Source: Escherichia phage vB_EcoM_G4507. Taken from it: a DNA stretch of 64,000 nucleotides. A program made the position numbers and the translations under genes. Position 1 is the stretch's first letter; each line of letters starts with the position of its first letter. This document shows, one piece after another, positions 30,536-42,835 of this stretch. The stretch lies in sequence record NC_054919.1; one strand, written 5' to 3'. The notes beneath the pieces were generated by a model. It saw only the letters and a program-made list of their open reading frames with translations, made no database searches and was not told where the DNA came from.

Positions 30536-30885
30536 TTAGAAAGGTCCTGGATGTCTTCTGCTAACTTGTTGAAGGAGTTGTTAATTTGTTTTTCAACCAA
30601 TCCTGGCTTATGAGCCACCACATCCGCCTTCTTTGCGTCTTTGCGCAGTTTTTCATTTTCACGCTCAATAGCAGCAATTGCCTCACGATTTTTATTATTC
30701 ATCGCATCAATATAATTATACTGAATTCGCAAATTATTTAATGCTAAAGCGTTTTCATTGGCTGTTTTTGTAATTTCGGTAACTGATGTTTCTAATCTTT
30801 CTACCTTATTTTTTAAAATAATAGATGTTCCGCCAAATGCTATTACAAGTAATAGCAATCCAGCTGTAAAATTACTTACATGCAT
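30532..30885 (-). CDS. i-spanin (Rz equivalent): N-terminal transmembrane helix plus coiled-coil periplasmic domain
   Basis: 117 aa; TM segment AGLLLLVIAFGGTSIIL then heptad-rich helical region. Confidence 0.7.
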   Translation of the reverse strand: MHVSNFTAGLLLLVIAFGGTSIILKNKVERLETSVTEITKTANENALALNNLRIQYNYIDAMNNKNREAIAAIERENEKLRKDAKKADVVAHKPGLVEKQINNSFNKLAEDIQDLSK

Positions 30886-31382
30886 AAAGTTTTAATAACC
30901 TCTATAATATCGTCTTGAGAAAGACCGTTAATTAAAATATGATGTTCAGCTGGAGATTTAGAAATTTTAAAGCATGCCTCAACATCTTCTGCCATATCCG
31001 ATGCACTACGATTTGGATTACTAATCCCAAGGCGATGTTTTCCCGTCAAAGGATTAACGATGATATAGCATTTGCAGCTATTGATATGAACATTGGGTTG
31101 AGTCTGATTAATGAACACTTCACAATCATACTTAGCGAGTTGATTTTCTAAAAAGACTTTCATCTCTTCAACCGCATCAGGAAGCATATCACGGGCTTGC
31201 TCAAGACGACGATTTCGATATTCTTTAATGGTCGTTTTCCGCTTGACTTGTTTAGCTAAATCTTTCTTAAGATCAGTGATATATCCAACTCGACGATTTC
31301 CTTTAAATACAGAAATCCCATCTGTAGTATCACCGTATGCTTCAACGACCATTTCAGTAGTAATACGCTGCAAATCCATCAT
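30876..31382 (-). CDS. alc: Alc, host transcription terminator for cytosine-containing DNA
   Basis: 168 aa (T4 Alc 167 aa); directly upstream of rnlA as in T4; preceded by early promoter. Confidence 0.75.
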   Translation of the reverse strand: MMDLQRITTEMVVEAYGDTTDGISVFKGNRRVGYITDLKKDLAKQVKRKTTIKEYRNRRLEQARDMLPDAVEEMKVFLENQLAKYDCEVFINQTQPNVHINSCKCYIIVNPLTGKHRLGISNPNRSASDMAEDVEACFKISKSPAEHHILINGLSQDDIIEVIKTLCM

Positions 31383-31386
31383 AAAG

Positions 31387-31440
31387 TCCTCATGTTATGC
31401 CAGTAAGACTACTATAACACAACACGAGGGACTTGTAAAC
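31387..31440 (-). promoter_or_regulatory. Early promoter plus leader, copy 2 of the 54-nt repeat (GTTTAC, 18 nt, TATAGT)
   Basis: Identical to 16133-16186 except one substitution. Confidence 0.6.
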
Positions 31441-31443
31441 AGC

Positions 31444-33031
<1,588 letters not shown>

Positions 33032-33039
33032 AATAAAAT

Positions 33040-33053
33040 GGGCCTTGCGGCCC
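33040..33053. terminator. Hairpin gggcc-ttgc-ggccc between nrdB and denA
   Basis: Perfect 5-bp GC stem with tetraloop. Confidence 0.5.
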
Positions 33054-33058
33054 ACTCC

Positions 33059-34237
33059 TTAAAAGTATTTTTTAAAACTCATCATAACTTTATCATCAAC
33101 ATCATTATCAATCTGTGCAACAAGGTAAGATGACAGTTCTACTTCTTGTGGCGCGGATTGAACATTATCAGAATTAAGATATTCACGAATCCAAGGATAC
33201 GGATGTTTAACCGGAGCATCGGTAATTGGGCATGGAAGACCACACTGTTTCATACGAGATACAGTTAAGTAATCAATAAAGCTCCACATGCTATTTGTAT
33301 TTAATCCAGGAACATCGCCGTCTTTAAATAAATGAACTGCCCAATCTTTTTCTTGGCGGTTAACTTCCATGAAAATATCAACTGCTTCTTGTTCACACTC
33401 TTGAGCAATTTTAACCCATTCATCGCCATCAGTGCCAAGTTGAAGTTGACGAATAATATATTGGGTGCCTTTAAGGTGAAGCTGCTCATCACGTGCAATG
33501 AACTTCATAATCTTGGCATTACCTTCCATGATTTCCATGTTTTTATGGAAGTTAAAGGTACATGCGAAAGATACATAAAAACGAATAGCTTCCAATGCGT
33601 TGATTACATGCAAACAGAGGTAAAGAGATTTCATTAGCTCACGCTTCCAATATGTCTCATGCTCAATAGCATCTTCAATAACGTCTTCGTCTGCATTAAT
33701 TTCTTTTTGGTATTCGATATCAGCTTTAGCGTTTTCCCAATAACGAGTTTTAATCAGAACATCATCATAATAACGTCCAATGGATTCAGCACGTTTCATA
33801 ATAGCTTCATCTAATACAATTTCATCAAATACCTTCGATGGATCAGTATAAAGATTTCGCATGATATGTGTATATGAACGGCTGTGAATAGTTTCACTAA
33901 AAGTCCACGTAGCAACCCATGTATCAAGGCTTGGGTCTGAAATTAATGACATAAGTACAGCAGACGGCGCACGACCCTGAATGCTATCCAAAAGTGATTG
34001 ATACTTCAGATTATTAGTAAAAATATTTTGCTGATACTGAGGAAGCTTATTAAACTGTGCAGCATCCATCATCAAGTTTACTTCTTCAGGACGCCAGAAA
34101 AATGATAATTGCTTTTCGGTTAAATCTTCAAAAACTTTATGACGTTGAATATCATAACGCGCAATACCAAGACCTGAACCAAAAAACATAGGTTCTTTTA
34201 AAACATCAACTGGATTTGTATTAAAAACTGTGCTCAT
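33059..34237 (-). CDS. nrdB: Ribonucleotide reductase small (beta) subunit, uninterrupted
   Basis: 392 aa continuous ORF with diiron/tyrosyl-radical R2 features; no intron. Confidence 0.95.
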   Translation of the reverse strand: MSTVFNTNPVDVLKEPMFFGSGLGIARYDIQRHKVFEDLTEKQLSFFWRPEEVNLMMDAAQFNKLPQYQQNIFTNNLKYQSLLDSIQGRAPSAVLMSLISDPSLDTWVATWTFSETIHSRSYTHIMRNLYTDPSKVFDEIVLDEAIMKRAESIGRYYDDVLIKTRYWENAKADIEYQKEINADEDVIEDAIEHETYWKRELMKSLYLCLHVINALEAIRFYVSFACTFNFHKNMEIMEGNAKIMKFIARDEQLHLKGTQYIIRQLQLGTDGDEWVKIAQECEQEAVDIFMEVNRQEKDWAVHLFKDGDVPGLNTNSMWSFIDYLTVSRMKQCGLPCPITDAPVKHPYPWIREYLNSDNVQSAPQEVELSSYLVAQIDNDVDDKVMMSFKKYF

Positions 34238-34288
34238 AAATTTTCCGCTTAGTTAATAGATAGTGACTCGTCCATGAGTCAAATTATA

Positions 34289-36553
34289 TCATAATTTACA
34301 GGATGAACAATCTTCAGCTTTTGGAGTTTCTATTTCATAATCATCAGTACCAGAACCATCACGGGTATTATGATAATAGAAATTTTTTCCGCCAAAATAC
34401 CAAAAATACAAAAGGTCATCAATCATTATTGACATTGGAACCTTGCCTTTAGGGAAGATTTGGGGGTCATAATATGTATTCGCTGAAGCTGATTGACACA
34501 CCCATTTCAGCATAATAGCTACCTGCGTAAGATAAGGTTTATTACCTTTCTTAGCTAATTTCCATGTATAATCATAGAGGTCTATGTTATGCTCAATATT
34601 GGGCACGACTTGATTAAAGGAGCCCTCTTTTGATTCTTTAACAGAGACTGGTCCACGTGGAGGCTCGATACCGTTTGTACTGTTAGAAACTTGGGAAGAT
34701 GACTCACATGGCATAAGTGCTGATAATGTGCTATTACGGATGCCAAAGAGCTTAAGGTCTTCCCGCAGCGACGACCAGTCACAAACGTATTTTGGAGCTG
34801 CGATTTGGTCAATCTTTTTATTGTACCAGTCGATAGGTAATTCGCCTCGAGACCAACGAGTGTCTGAATAATATTCGCAAGGTCCTTTTTCTTTGGCGAG
34901 CTTAATGGATGCTTTAATGAGTCCATACTGTAATCTCTCAAATAGTTCATGTGTTAAATCGTTAGCATCTTCATAAGAAGCAAAGTTACTTGCCAGCCAA
35001 GCTGCATAGTTGGTAACACCTACACCGAGGTTACGACGCTTTTTGGCTTTTTCTGCTTCAGGAACCGGATATCCTTGGTAATCCAAAAGATTATCAAGAG
35101 CACGAACTTGGACTTCTGCCAATTCATTAATTTTATCTTGGTCTTGCCAATCAAAGTTATCCAGCACAAATGCTGATAACGTGCACAATCCAATTTCAGC
35201 ATCAGGACTATTCACATCATTTGTTGGAATAGCAATTTCACAGCACAAGTTACTCTGACGAATAGGTGCCTTTTCACGAATAAACGGAGTATAGTTATTC
35301 GTATTATCAATGAACTGTACATAAATCCTTGCTGTTCCTGAACGTTCAGTCATGAGCAATTCAAATAGTTCACGGGCTTTAATACGCTTTTTACGAATAT
35401 TAGGGTCTTTTTCTGCTGCTTCGTACAATTCACGGAAACGGTCTTGGTCTTTAAAATAAGAATAATAAAGTTCGCCACCCATTTCATGCGGACTAAACAA
35501 AGTAATGTAATCGTTCTTTCCGAATCGTTCCATCATTAGGTCATTCAGCTGGACGCCATAATCCATATGACGGATACGGTTTTCTTCTACACCTTTGTTA
35601 TTTTTCAAAACGAGAAGATTTTCAACTTCCAAATGCCAAATAGGATAATAAGCAGTAGCAGCGCCGCCACGAATTCCGCCCTGTGAACATGATTTAACAG
35701 CAGTCTGAAAATGTTTCCAAAAAGGAATAACCCCAGTATGGCGTACTTCACCCATGCCAATCTTAGAACCTTCGGCACGAATCATACCAACGTTAATACC
35801 AATTCCAGCGCGTTTAGAGATATATTCAACAATCGAAGCGGAAGCCTTATTGATAGACTTCAGCGAATCACCTGCCTCAATAACAACACATGAACTAAAC
35901 TGTCGAGTCGGAGTACGACAACCAGCCATAATAGGAGTTGGTAATGAAATCTGTCGAGTAGATACTGCTTCATAAAAACGAATAACATGTTTTAATCTAT
36001 CAACAGGTTCATCTTGATGCAATGCCATTCCAATAGTCATAAATGCAAACTGCGGAGTTTCATAAATTTGACCAGTGGTTTTATCTTTAACTAAATATTT
36101 TTCTTTTAATTGCATCGCCCCGGAATAAGTAAATTCCATATCCCGCTCGTGCTTAATTTTTGATTCTAAAAATGTAATTTCTTCTGCTGAATATTTTGAC
36201 AACAATTCAGGGTCATATTTACCTGCATTTACACAGTAAGAAATATGGTCAATAAATGAACGTGGTTCATACTGCCCATAAACATGCTTACGAAGAGCAA
36301 ACATTAAACAGCGTGCAGCTACATATTGATAATCAGGTTCTTCAACCGAAATAGAATTCGCAGCAGCCTTAATGACAATAGTCTGAATATCATCAGTTGT
36401 CATTCCATCACGGAGATATGATTTAATATTTTCATATAATTCATAAGGATCTACTGATGTTCCCTCAGATGCCCAAGATAAAACTTTAATAATTTTTTGC
36501 GGGTCAAAGCTCTGAGAAACACCACTACTTTTGATAACATTAATTAATTGCAT
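34289..36553 (-). CDS. nrdA: Ribonucleotide reductase large (alpha) subunit
   Basis: 754 aa, same length as T4 NrdA; C-terminal CxxC redox pair (DCSSCKL). Confidence 0.95.
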   Translation of the reverse strand: MQLINVIKSSGVSQSFDPQKIIKVLSWASEGTSVDPYELYENIKSYLRDGMTTDDIQTIVIKAAANSISVEEPDYQYVAARCLMFALRKHVYGQYEPRSFIDHISYCVNAGKYDPELLSKYSAEEITFLESKIKHERDMEFTYSGAMQLKEKYLVKDKTTGQIYETPQFAFMTIGMALHQDEPVDRLKHVIRFYEAVSTRQISLPTPIMAGCRTPTRQFSSCVVIEAGDSLKSINKASASIVEYISKRAGIGINVGMIRAEGSKIGMGEVRHTGVIPFWKHFQTAVKSCSQGGIRGGAATAYYPIWHLEVENLLVLKNNKGVEENRIRHMDYGVQLNDLMMERFGKNDYITLFSPHEMGGELYYSYFKDQDRFRELYEAAEKDPNIRKKRIKARELFELLMTERSGTARIYVQFIDNTNNYTPFIREKAPIRQSNLCCEIAIPTNDVNSPDAEIGLCTLSAFVLDNFDWQDQDKINELAEVQVRALDNLLDYQGYPVPEAEKAKKRRNLGVGVTNYAAWLASNFASYEDANDLTHELFERLQYGLIKASIKLAKEKGPCEYYSDTRWSRGELPIDWYNKKIDQIAAPKYVCDWSSLREDLKLFGIRNSTLSALMPCESSSQVSNSTNGIEPPRGPVSVKESKEGSFNQVVPNIEHNIDLYDYTWKLAKKGNKPYLTQVAIMLKWVCQSASANTYYDPQIFPKGKVPMSIMIDDLLYFWYFGGKNFYYHNTRDGSGTDDYEIETPKAEDCSSCKL

Positions 36554-36870
36554 AAGTCCTCAACTTGAAAATCGTCTTTAAACAATCGGTTAACTATATG
36601 AGCTATTATATCACCATGACACGGCTTTGGTTTACATGTGCATCCTAGCCTCATTCCACGTAAAGGCTCTAAATGTGCTTTAGTTATTTCTCCGGATTTA
36701 ATTCGACGTATAAAATCTTTTTTGAATAATTCAATGGCAGCCTCCCGGCTGCCAGCATCTTTACCGACGTAATTTCCCCAAAATGTACCGCGGTGAATAT
36801 TAACATCAAAGTCGGATTTATATTTATTCACTACTCGGCATATACGGCCTGCGCGGTTGTAAGTGTTCAT
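36544..36870 (-). CDS. Hypothetical Cys/His-motif protein (nrdA.1 position)
   Basis: 108 aa; [14 protein letters not shown] cluster suggests metal binding. Confidence 0.55.
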   Translation of the reverse strand: MNTYNRAGRICRVVNKYKSDFDVNIHRGTFWGNYVGKDAGSREAAIELFKKDFIRRIKSGEITKAHLEPLRGMRLGCTCKPKPCHGDIIAHIVNRLFKDDFQVEDLCN

Positions 36871-37087
36871 ATTGTTCTTCCGTTAAAACAGTAATATCGT
36901 AGTAACAGTCAGAAGAAGTTTTAACTGTGGAAATTTTATTATCAAAATACTCACGGGTCATTTTATGAGTATAATATTTTTTGCCATAAATGATAATAGG
37001 CTGATTTGGTCCTGGAACTTCTAACTCACTTGGATTAGGAAGTGTAAAAAGAACTACACCAGAAGTATCTTTAAATCGTAAAATCAT
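36824..37087 (-). CDS. Hypothetical protein (nrdA.2 position)
   Basis: 87-aa ORF. Confidence 0.5.
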   Translation of the reverse strand: MILRFKDTSGVVLFTLPNPSELEVPGPNQPIIIYGKKYYTHKMTREYFDNKISTVKTSSDCYYDITVLTEEQYEHLQPRRPYMPSSE

Positions 37088-37110
37088 AAATCCTCACAAT
37101 TAAATTAAAA

Positions 37111-37422
37111 TTACACCGCCATTTTTCCTTTCAAGACGCCGTGGGGCTGATAATCTTTGAGAACGAAATCTTTAGGCCTGAGTTTAAGAATGTATTCCAA
37201 TTGTTCTTTAGTAGAAAGATAGCGGAATTTATAAGGCAATCCGCCTATTACCAGTTCACAAAGCTCTTTAGGTTCACGACGCAAAATTTCTTTACATTGT
37301 TCTACGTGATTCATATAGATATGAGTATTACCACCGGAAAATATCAAATCTCCCGGAATAAGATTACACATCTTAGCTACAATATGAACTAACGTAGCAT
37401 ATGATGCAATATTAAATGGAAG
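37111..37422 (-). CDS. td: Thymidylate synthase, exon 2 (103 codons)
   Basis: Begins LPFNIASYATLVHIVAKMC, the conserved ThyA segment following DVFLG; 183 + 103 = 286 aa as in T4 TS. Confidence 0.9.
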   Translation of the reverse strand, partial: LPFNIASYATLVHIVAKMCNLIPGDLIFSGGNTHIYMNHVEQCKEILRREPKELCELVIGGLPYKFRYLSTKEQLEYILKLRPKDFVLKDYQPHGVLKGKMAV

Positions 37423-38438
37423 CATTATGTTCAGATAAGGTCGTTAATCTTACCCCGGAATTATATCCAGCTGCATGTCACCATGCAGATCAGACTATAT
37501 CTCCAACTTGTTAAAGCAAGTTGTCTATCGTTTCGAGTCACTTGACCCTACTCCCCAAAGGGATAGTCGTTAGGCATTTATGTAGAACCAATTCCATTTA
37601 TCAGATTTTACACGATAAGTAACTAATCCAGACGAAATTTTAAAATGTCTAGTTGCATCTGCTGCACAATCAAAAATAACCCCATCACATGAAATCTTTT
37701 TAATATTACTAGGCTTTTTACCTTTCATCTTTTCTGATATTTTAGATTTAGTTATGTCTGAATGCTTATGATTAAAGAATGAATTATTTTCACCTGAACG
37801 ATTTCTGCATTTACTACAAGTATAAGCAGAAGTTTGTATGCGAACACCGCACTTACAAAACTTATGGGTTTCTGGATTCCAACGCCCGTTTTTACTTCCG
37901 GGTTTACTGTAAAGAGCTTTCCGACCATCAGGTCCAAGTTTAAGCATCTTAGCTTTAACAGTTTCAGAACGTTTCTTAATAATTTCTTCTTTTAATGGAT
38001 GCGTAGAACATGTATCACCAAACGTTGCATCAGCAATATTGTATCCATTAATTTTAGAATTAAGCTCTTTAATCCAAAAATTTTCTCGTTCAATAATCAA
38101 ATCTTTCTCATATGGAATTTCTTCCAAAATAGAACATTCAAACACATTACCATGTTTGTTAAAAGACCTCTGAAGCTTTATAGAAGAATGGCATCCTTTT
38201 TCTAAATCTTTAAAATGCCTCTTCCATCTCTTTTCAAAATCTTTAGCACTTCCTACATATACTTTATTGTTTAAAGTATTTTTAATCTGATAAATTCCGC
38301 TTTTCATAAATACCTCTTTAAATATAGAAGTATTTATTAAAGGGCAGTCCTACAATTTAGCACGGGATTGTCTACTAGAGAGGTTCCCCGTTTAGATAGA
38401 TTACAAGTATAAGTCACCTTATACTCAGGCCTCAATTA
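37423..38438 (-). mobile_element. Group I self-splicing intron in td (1016 nt) with embedded homing endonuclease ORF
   Basis: 5' end TAATTGAGGCCTGAGTATAAGGTGACTTATACTTGTAATCTATCTAAACGGGGAACC matches the remembered T4 td intron; ends ...CATAATG before exon 2. Confidence 0.9.
37570..38307 (-). CDS. I-TevI: I-TevI intron-encoded GIY-YIG homing endonuclease
   Basis: 245 aa; MKSGIYQIKNTLNNKVYVGSAKDFEKRWKRH GIY-YIG domain and C-terminal zinc finger/HTH region. Confidence 0.95.
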   Translation of the reverse strand: MKSGIYQIKNTLNNKVYVGSAKDFEKRWKRHFKDLEKGCHSSIKLQRSFNKHGNVFECSILEEIPYEKDLIIERENFWIKELNSKINGYNIADATFGDTCSTHPLKEEIIKKRSETVKAKMLKLGPDGRKALYSKPGSKNGRWNPETHKFCKCGVRIQTSAYTCSKCRNRSGENNSFFNHKHSDITKSKISEKMKGKKPSNIKKISCDGVIFDCAADATRHFKISSGLVTYRVKSDKWNWFYINA

Positions 38439-38987
38439 ACCCAAGAAAACATCTACTGATCGTTGATACCACTGCAAATCCAAATAGCCATTACGCACAT
38501 TAAACTGATAGAACATATGACAAGGCGGTAATGCCATTTGCTTAAGTTCTGCCGGATTCCATGCTGAAACAATTTGACGCCTATCATTTGGCAGTTTTTT
38601 AATACGATCAATAACTTCTATAATTTGGTCTACACCGCCAAAATCACGCCATTGTTTTCCATAAATTGGACCAAGTTCACCGCTATGGTATCCTAAATCT
38701 TTTGCTTGATTTTCGTAATTTTCATCCCAGACTGTTTTGCCTTGAATTAATGAATTATGTTGAATTAATCGCAAATCATTTACGTTAGTACTTCCTGATA
38801 AGAACCACAATAACTCAGAAATACATGCATTCCAGGCGAGCTTCTTAGTTGTTACTGCAGGAAAACCTTTAGTTAAATCCCAGCGTAATTTAGTACCGAA
38901 CAAAGCAATTGTTCCTGTGCCCGTTCGGTCATCAGTTTCATAACCATTTTCAAAAATGTCTTTAATTAAATCTTGGTATTGTTTCAT
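38439..38987 (-). CDS. td: Thymidylate synthase, exon 1 (183 codons)
   Basis: MKQYQDLIKDIFENGYETDDRTGTGT... ends ...QWYQRSVDVFLG at the 5' splice site. Confidence 0.9.
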
Positions 38988-39032
38988 TTAGTACCTTATA
39001 TAAATTATAATACATTTTATGAAGCTAAATAA

Positions 39033-39380
39033 TCAATACGGTTTAGCATCAAATTTTCTCTCAATTTCAGGCGTGAAATATAATTCTTTACCGCGTTTGG
39101 AAAAGCGACCAATAATATGATAATTATTCTCATCAAACGTGATATTACCAATATCCATAGCTTTCAACCAAATATCGATATTTCTATCCAGCTTTATGTC
39201 AAAATTCCAATACGGAGAACTATTACCGAAAATACTGCAAGCGGATTCAGTGAAACAACTGCTATAAATCTTGTCTTTAGGAACTACTAATTGATAGACA
39301 CCTTTAATAAACTGAGGACCCTGCCATTTAGGTTGTTTCTCATCTTTTTCTAATAGAATAGGGTAATAATTAAAATTCAT
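39033..39380 (-). CDS. Hypothetical 115-aa protein of unknown function, inserted between frd and td
   Basis: Intact ORF MNFNYYPILLEKDEKQPKWQGPQF...; no motif I recognise; occupies a position where, from memory, T4 frd and td overlap directly. Confidence 0.55.
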   Translation of the reverse strand: MNFNYYPILLEKDEKQPKWQGPQFIKGVYQLVVPKDKIYSSCFTESACSIFGNSSPYWNFDIKLDRNIDIWLKAMDIGNITFDENNYHIIGRFSKRGKELYFTPEIERKFDAKPY

Positions 39381-39399
39381 ATTTCCGCCACGCGTTATT

Positions 39400-40226
<827 letters not shown>

Positions 40227-40237
40227 ATTATCTCCTA

Positions 40238-40570
40238 TTAAAAAGGATCAGGAATATATCCGCTAGCTTTAATCATTTTAATTAACGTTAGCATTCCTTT
40301 ATTAACCGCTCGTGAGATTTCATCAAAAACTTCATCACTAAAAAGTTCTAACACACCCTTCTGAACTTTTAATTTACAGCCAACAATTTCGTCATCGCCT
40401 ATAGTAAATTCATTACCACCAATTCCTCCGAAAAACTTAATTACACCAGTTAACTGTCTTCCACGAGAATATGGGTCGTGTGATAAATTAATATGAGTCA
40501 CCCCGGGTACAGTTTTAAATTGGCAGCGAATGTTTACTTGGGAAATTCCAGTTACATGAATATCAGACAT
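40238..40570 (-). CDS. Hypothetical protein (frd.2 position)
   Basis: 110-aa ORF. Confidence 0.55.
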   Translation of the reverse strand: MSDIHVTGISQVNIRCQFKTVPGVTHINLSHDPYSRGRQLTGVIKFFGGIGGNEFTIGDDEIVGCKLKVQKGVLELFSDEVFDEISRAVNKGMLTLIKMIKASGYIPDPF

Positions 40571-40580
40571 AATATTTTCC

Positions 40581-40880
40581 TCAAACAGACTTTTTCACAA
40601 TTTTCCAATCAGCTTTAAACTGTTCAACGTCAGAATGGTAAATCCAGAATCCTGCGCTTTCTCCATCCTCATAAAGAGGGCATCCATCACATTCATCTTC
40701 CCATCCCATATCACGCAAAAGACGTTCAGCTTTTTCAACAAGTTCAGAATCTTTACCAATAATATTAAAATACCATTTACCTCTAACTTCTGAATCTTTG
40801 ATACTCTGACGTTGTAATCTCATTTTATTCTCCTTAGTTGATAAGGCTATAGTATCACTACCATAGCCTGTTGTAAACAA
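40581..40880 (-). CDS. Hypothetical protein (frd.3 position)
   Basis: 99-aa ORF. Confidence 0.55.
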   Translation of the reverse strand: MFTTGYGSDTIALSTKENKMRLQRQSIKDSEVRGKWYFNIIGKDSELVEKAERLLRDMGWEDECDGCPLYEDGESAGFWIYHSDVEQFKADWKIVKKSV

Positions 40881-41174
40881 TTATTTTTGAATTTTATCGA
40901 GCCACTTACCAAGCTTAATCATTTCTTTAGTAGCCTTTTCCATACTTCTGAACTTAACCAATAGAGGATAGGTATCGACACCCATAACTAAACTGGTTAC
41001 AAGACTGTGTTCACCCACAAGCCATAACGAATACGTTTGAATATCGAGCCCGTAATTTCTGTCTTTGTGGACCCGTACACCTATCACTTCAAATTTCTCA
41101 CTAGCTTTTTCTACCGCATCCAGGAAATCATCTTTAGTCATATTAGGCCTTAAAAGTTTTTCGCAAAAGTTCAA
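40881..41174 (-). CDS. Hypothetical protein
   Basis: 97-aa ORF coupled to the frd.3-like gene. Confidence 0.5.
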   Translation of the reverse strand: MNFCEKLLRPNMTKDDFLDAVEKASEKFEVIGVRVHKDRNYGLDIQTYSLWLVGEHSLVTSLVMGVDTYPLLVKFRSMEKATKEMIKLGKWLDKIQK

Positions 41175-41508
41175 TGATTTCGTCTACATTGTTTTCATCT
41201 ACAATGCAGTGAATTTTTGTTACGCCAGAAACCTTGTCTTTGACTTCATCTTCTTCAGAAGTCGGTTCTTTATACTCGCGAAAACAATGAAATTCGTCTT
41301 CACAAACGTTAAAGTAAAAATGCTTTCCATTTGCGCATTCAATGTGTTTTATTACTCTAAATCCATCAACAAAGAAAGCTTCTTTAACTTCAAACCATCC
41401 GCCGTTTTCTTGAATAATTTTAACTATTGATGAATTAGAACGTGGGCGATAATTAATAAATGTATCAATAAGTCTTGGAACAAGCTCATACTTTTTGCCG
41501 ATATACAT
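41143..41508 (-). CDS. Hypothetical protein
   Basis: 121 aa from the internal ATG with AAATGAGGAAACCGTA Shine-Dalgarno; ORF-track N-terminus runs through a hairpin. Confidence 0.5.
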   Translation of the reverse strand: MYIGKKYELVPRLIDTFINYRPRSNSSIVKIIQENGGWFEVKEAFFVDGFRVIKHIECANGKHFYFNVCEDEFHCFREYKEPTSEEDEVKDKVSGVTKIHCIVDENNVDEIIELLRKTFKA

Positions 41509-41554
41509 TACGGTTTCCTCATTTTGATAGGGGCTTGATAGAGCCCCTTGATAA

Positions 41555-41782
41555 TTATTGTTCAATCAGTCCCATGTAAAATTCTGCGTCTTCAGAATCC
41601 ATGCCATCACAATATTCATTAGCCATAAAGCGGGTGAGGTCTTCAAGAGGACCTTCAATAACGATTTGAATACTCCAAAACTTAGAATCTTGTACGCTTG
41701 TGATACTAAGTTCAGGATAACGATTACGAATAATTTCTTCAATATATTCAAAATCAACGATGTCAATATCAACTTTAGCCAT
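41555..41782 (-). CDS. Hypothetical acidic protein
   Basis: 75 aa from the internal ATG with AAAGAGGAAAATAAT Shine-Dalgarno downstream of an early promoter. Confidence 0.5.
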   Translation of the reverse strand: MAKVDIDIVDFEYIEEIIRNRYPELSITSVQDSKFWSIQIVIEGPLEDLTRFMANEYCDGMDSEDAEFYMGLIEQ

Positions 41783-41814
41783 ATTATTTTCCTCTTTAAT
41801 TATCAGCAGTATTG

Positions 41815-41855
41815 CCGATAGTTGTATAGTACCATGGAAGGACAAGGATGTAAAC
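41815..41855 (-). promoter_or_regulatory. Early promoter GTTTAC, 18 nt, TACTAT
   Basis: Minus strand GTTTACATCCTTGTCCTTCCATGGTACTATACAACTATCGGC; coordinates approximate. Confidence 0.45.
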
Positions 41856-41885
41856 CGTTTTGTGAAAAATTTTTAAAATAAAAAA

Positions 41886-41904
41886 GGGGACCCTAGAGGT
41901 CCCC
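41886..41904. terminator. Hairpin ggggacc-ctaga-ggtcccc downstream of gene 32
   Basis: 7-bp GC stem flanked by A/T runs. Confidence 0.6.
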
Positions 41905-41926
41905 AATTAATTAGTAATATAATCTA

Positions 41927-42835
41927 TTAAAGGTCATTCAAAAGGTCATCCAGGTCCGTGTCATCAGCACTAGATGAACTGCCAGAGCTTGAGCTCATAA
42001 AATCATCTTCAGTTTTTGTATTGAAGTCATCAACATTGAATGCATCCAAATCATCAGCAACTTTATCAGCTTTCTTAGCAGCAGTTGCAGCGGCACCGCC
42101 CATCACAGCAGTTCCCATAACTTGACCGAATTTAGTGCTCAGTTCTTCAAATGATTTGAATTTATCTTTAGAAGTCATTTCAGAAAGGTCAACCATTTGT
42201 TCGAACAGTTCTTTCTGAAAAGATTCATCATCAATGTTTGGAATCGCAGATTGATTCAGGAATTTAGATTCATCGTAGTTACTAAATCCAGAAACCTGTT
42301 TAACTTTCAGTACAAAGTTAGCACCTTCCCACGGACAAGTTACATCAACCGGAGTTTCACCCATTTCAACATCAACTGCAATCATTGCATTGATTTTATC
42401 CCAGATTTTCTTACCGAAACGGTATTTAAATACTTTACCTTCATTTTCTGGAGCAGCTGGGTCTTTTACAACAAGAATGTTAGCCCAGTAAGAAGTTTTA
42501 CGTTTAACAAGACTGTACTCTTTATTGTCAGTGTTGTACAGATCATTTTTACTGATGTATTGACATACTGGGCAAGAATCGTAATCACCGTGGGTAGATG
42601 AACAGTTTTCAATATACCATTTACCATTTTTCTTGAAACCGTGATTTACAAGAATTGCGAATGGTGCTTGTTCATCATTTTTAGACGGAAGAAAACGAAT
42701 TACTGCTTGACCGTTACCCGCATTGTCGAGTTTCAGTTTCCACTCGCCTTTATCTTCAGAAGAAAAACCACCTTTATTTCCAGCCAGTTTAGCCATTTGC
42801 GCAGCGAGTTCAGCAGTAGATTTACGTTTAAACAT
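41927..42835 (-). CDS. 32: Single-stranded DNA-binding protein gp32
   Basis: 302 aa; [50 protein letters not shown] and acidic C-terminal tail match T4 gp32. Confidence 0.95.
   Translation of the reverse strand: MFKRKSTAELAAQMAKLAGNKGGFSSEDKGEWKLKLDNAGNGQAVIRFLPSKNDEQAPFAILVNHGFKKNGKWYIENCSSTHGDYDSCPVCQYISKNDLYNTDNKEYSLVKRKTSYWANILVVKDPAAPENEGKVFKYRFGKKIWDKINAMIAVDVEMGETPVDVTCPWEGANFVLKVKQVSGFSNYDESKFLNQSAIPNIDDESFQKELFEQMVDLSEMTSKDKFKSFEELSTKFGQVMGTAVMGGAAATAAKKADKVADDLDAFNVDDFNTKTEDDFMSSSSGSSSSADDTDLDDLLNDL

Noticed and set aside
33059-34237. Expected a group I intron in nrdB by analogy with T4
   Set aside because: nrdB is a single continuous 392-aa ORF; no interruption or intronic ORF is present.
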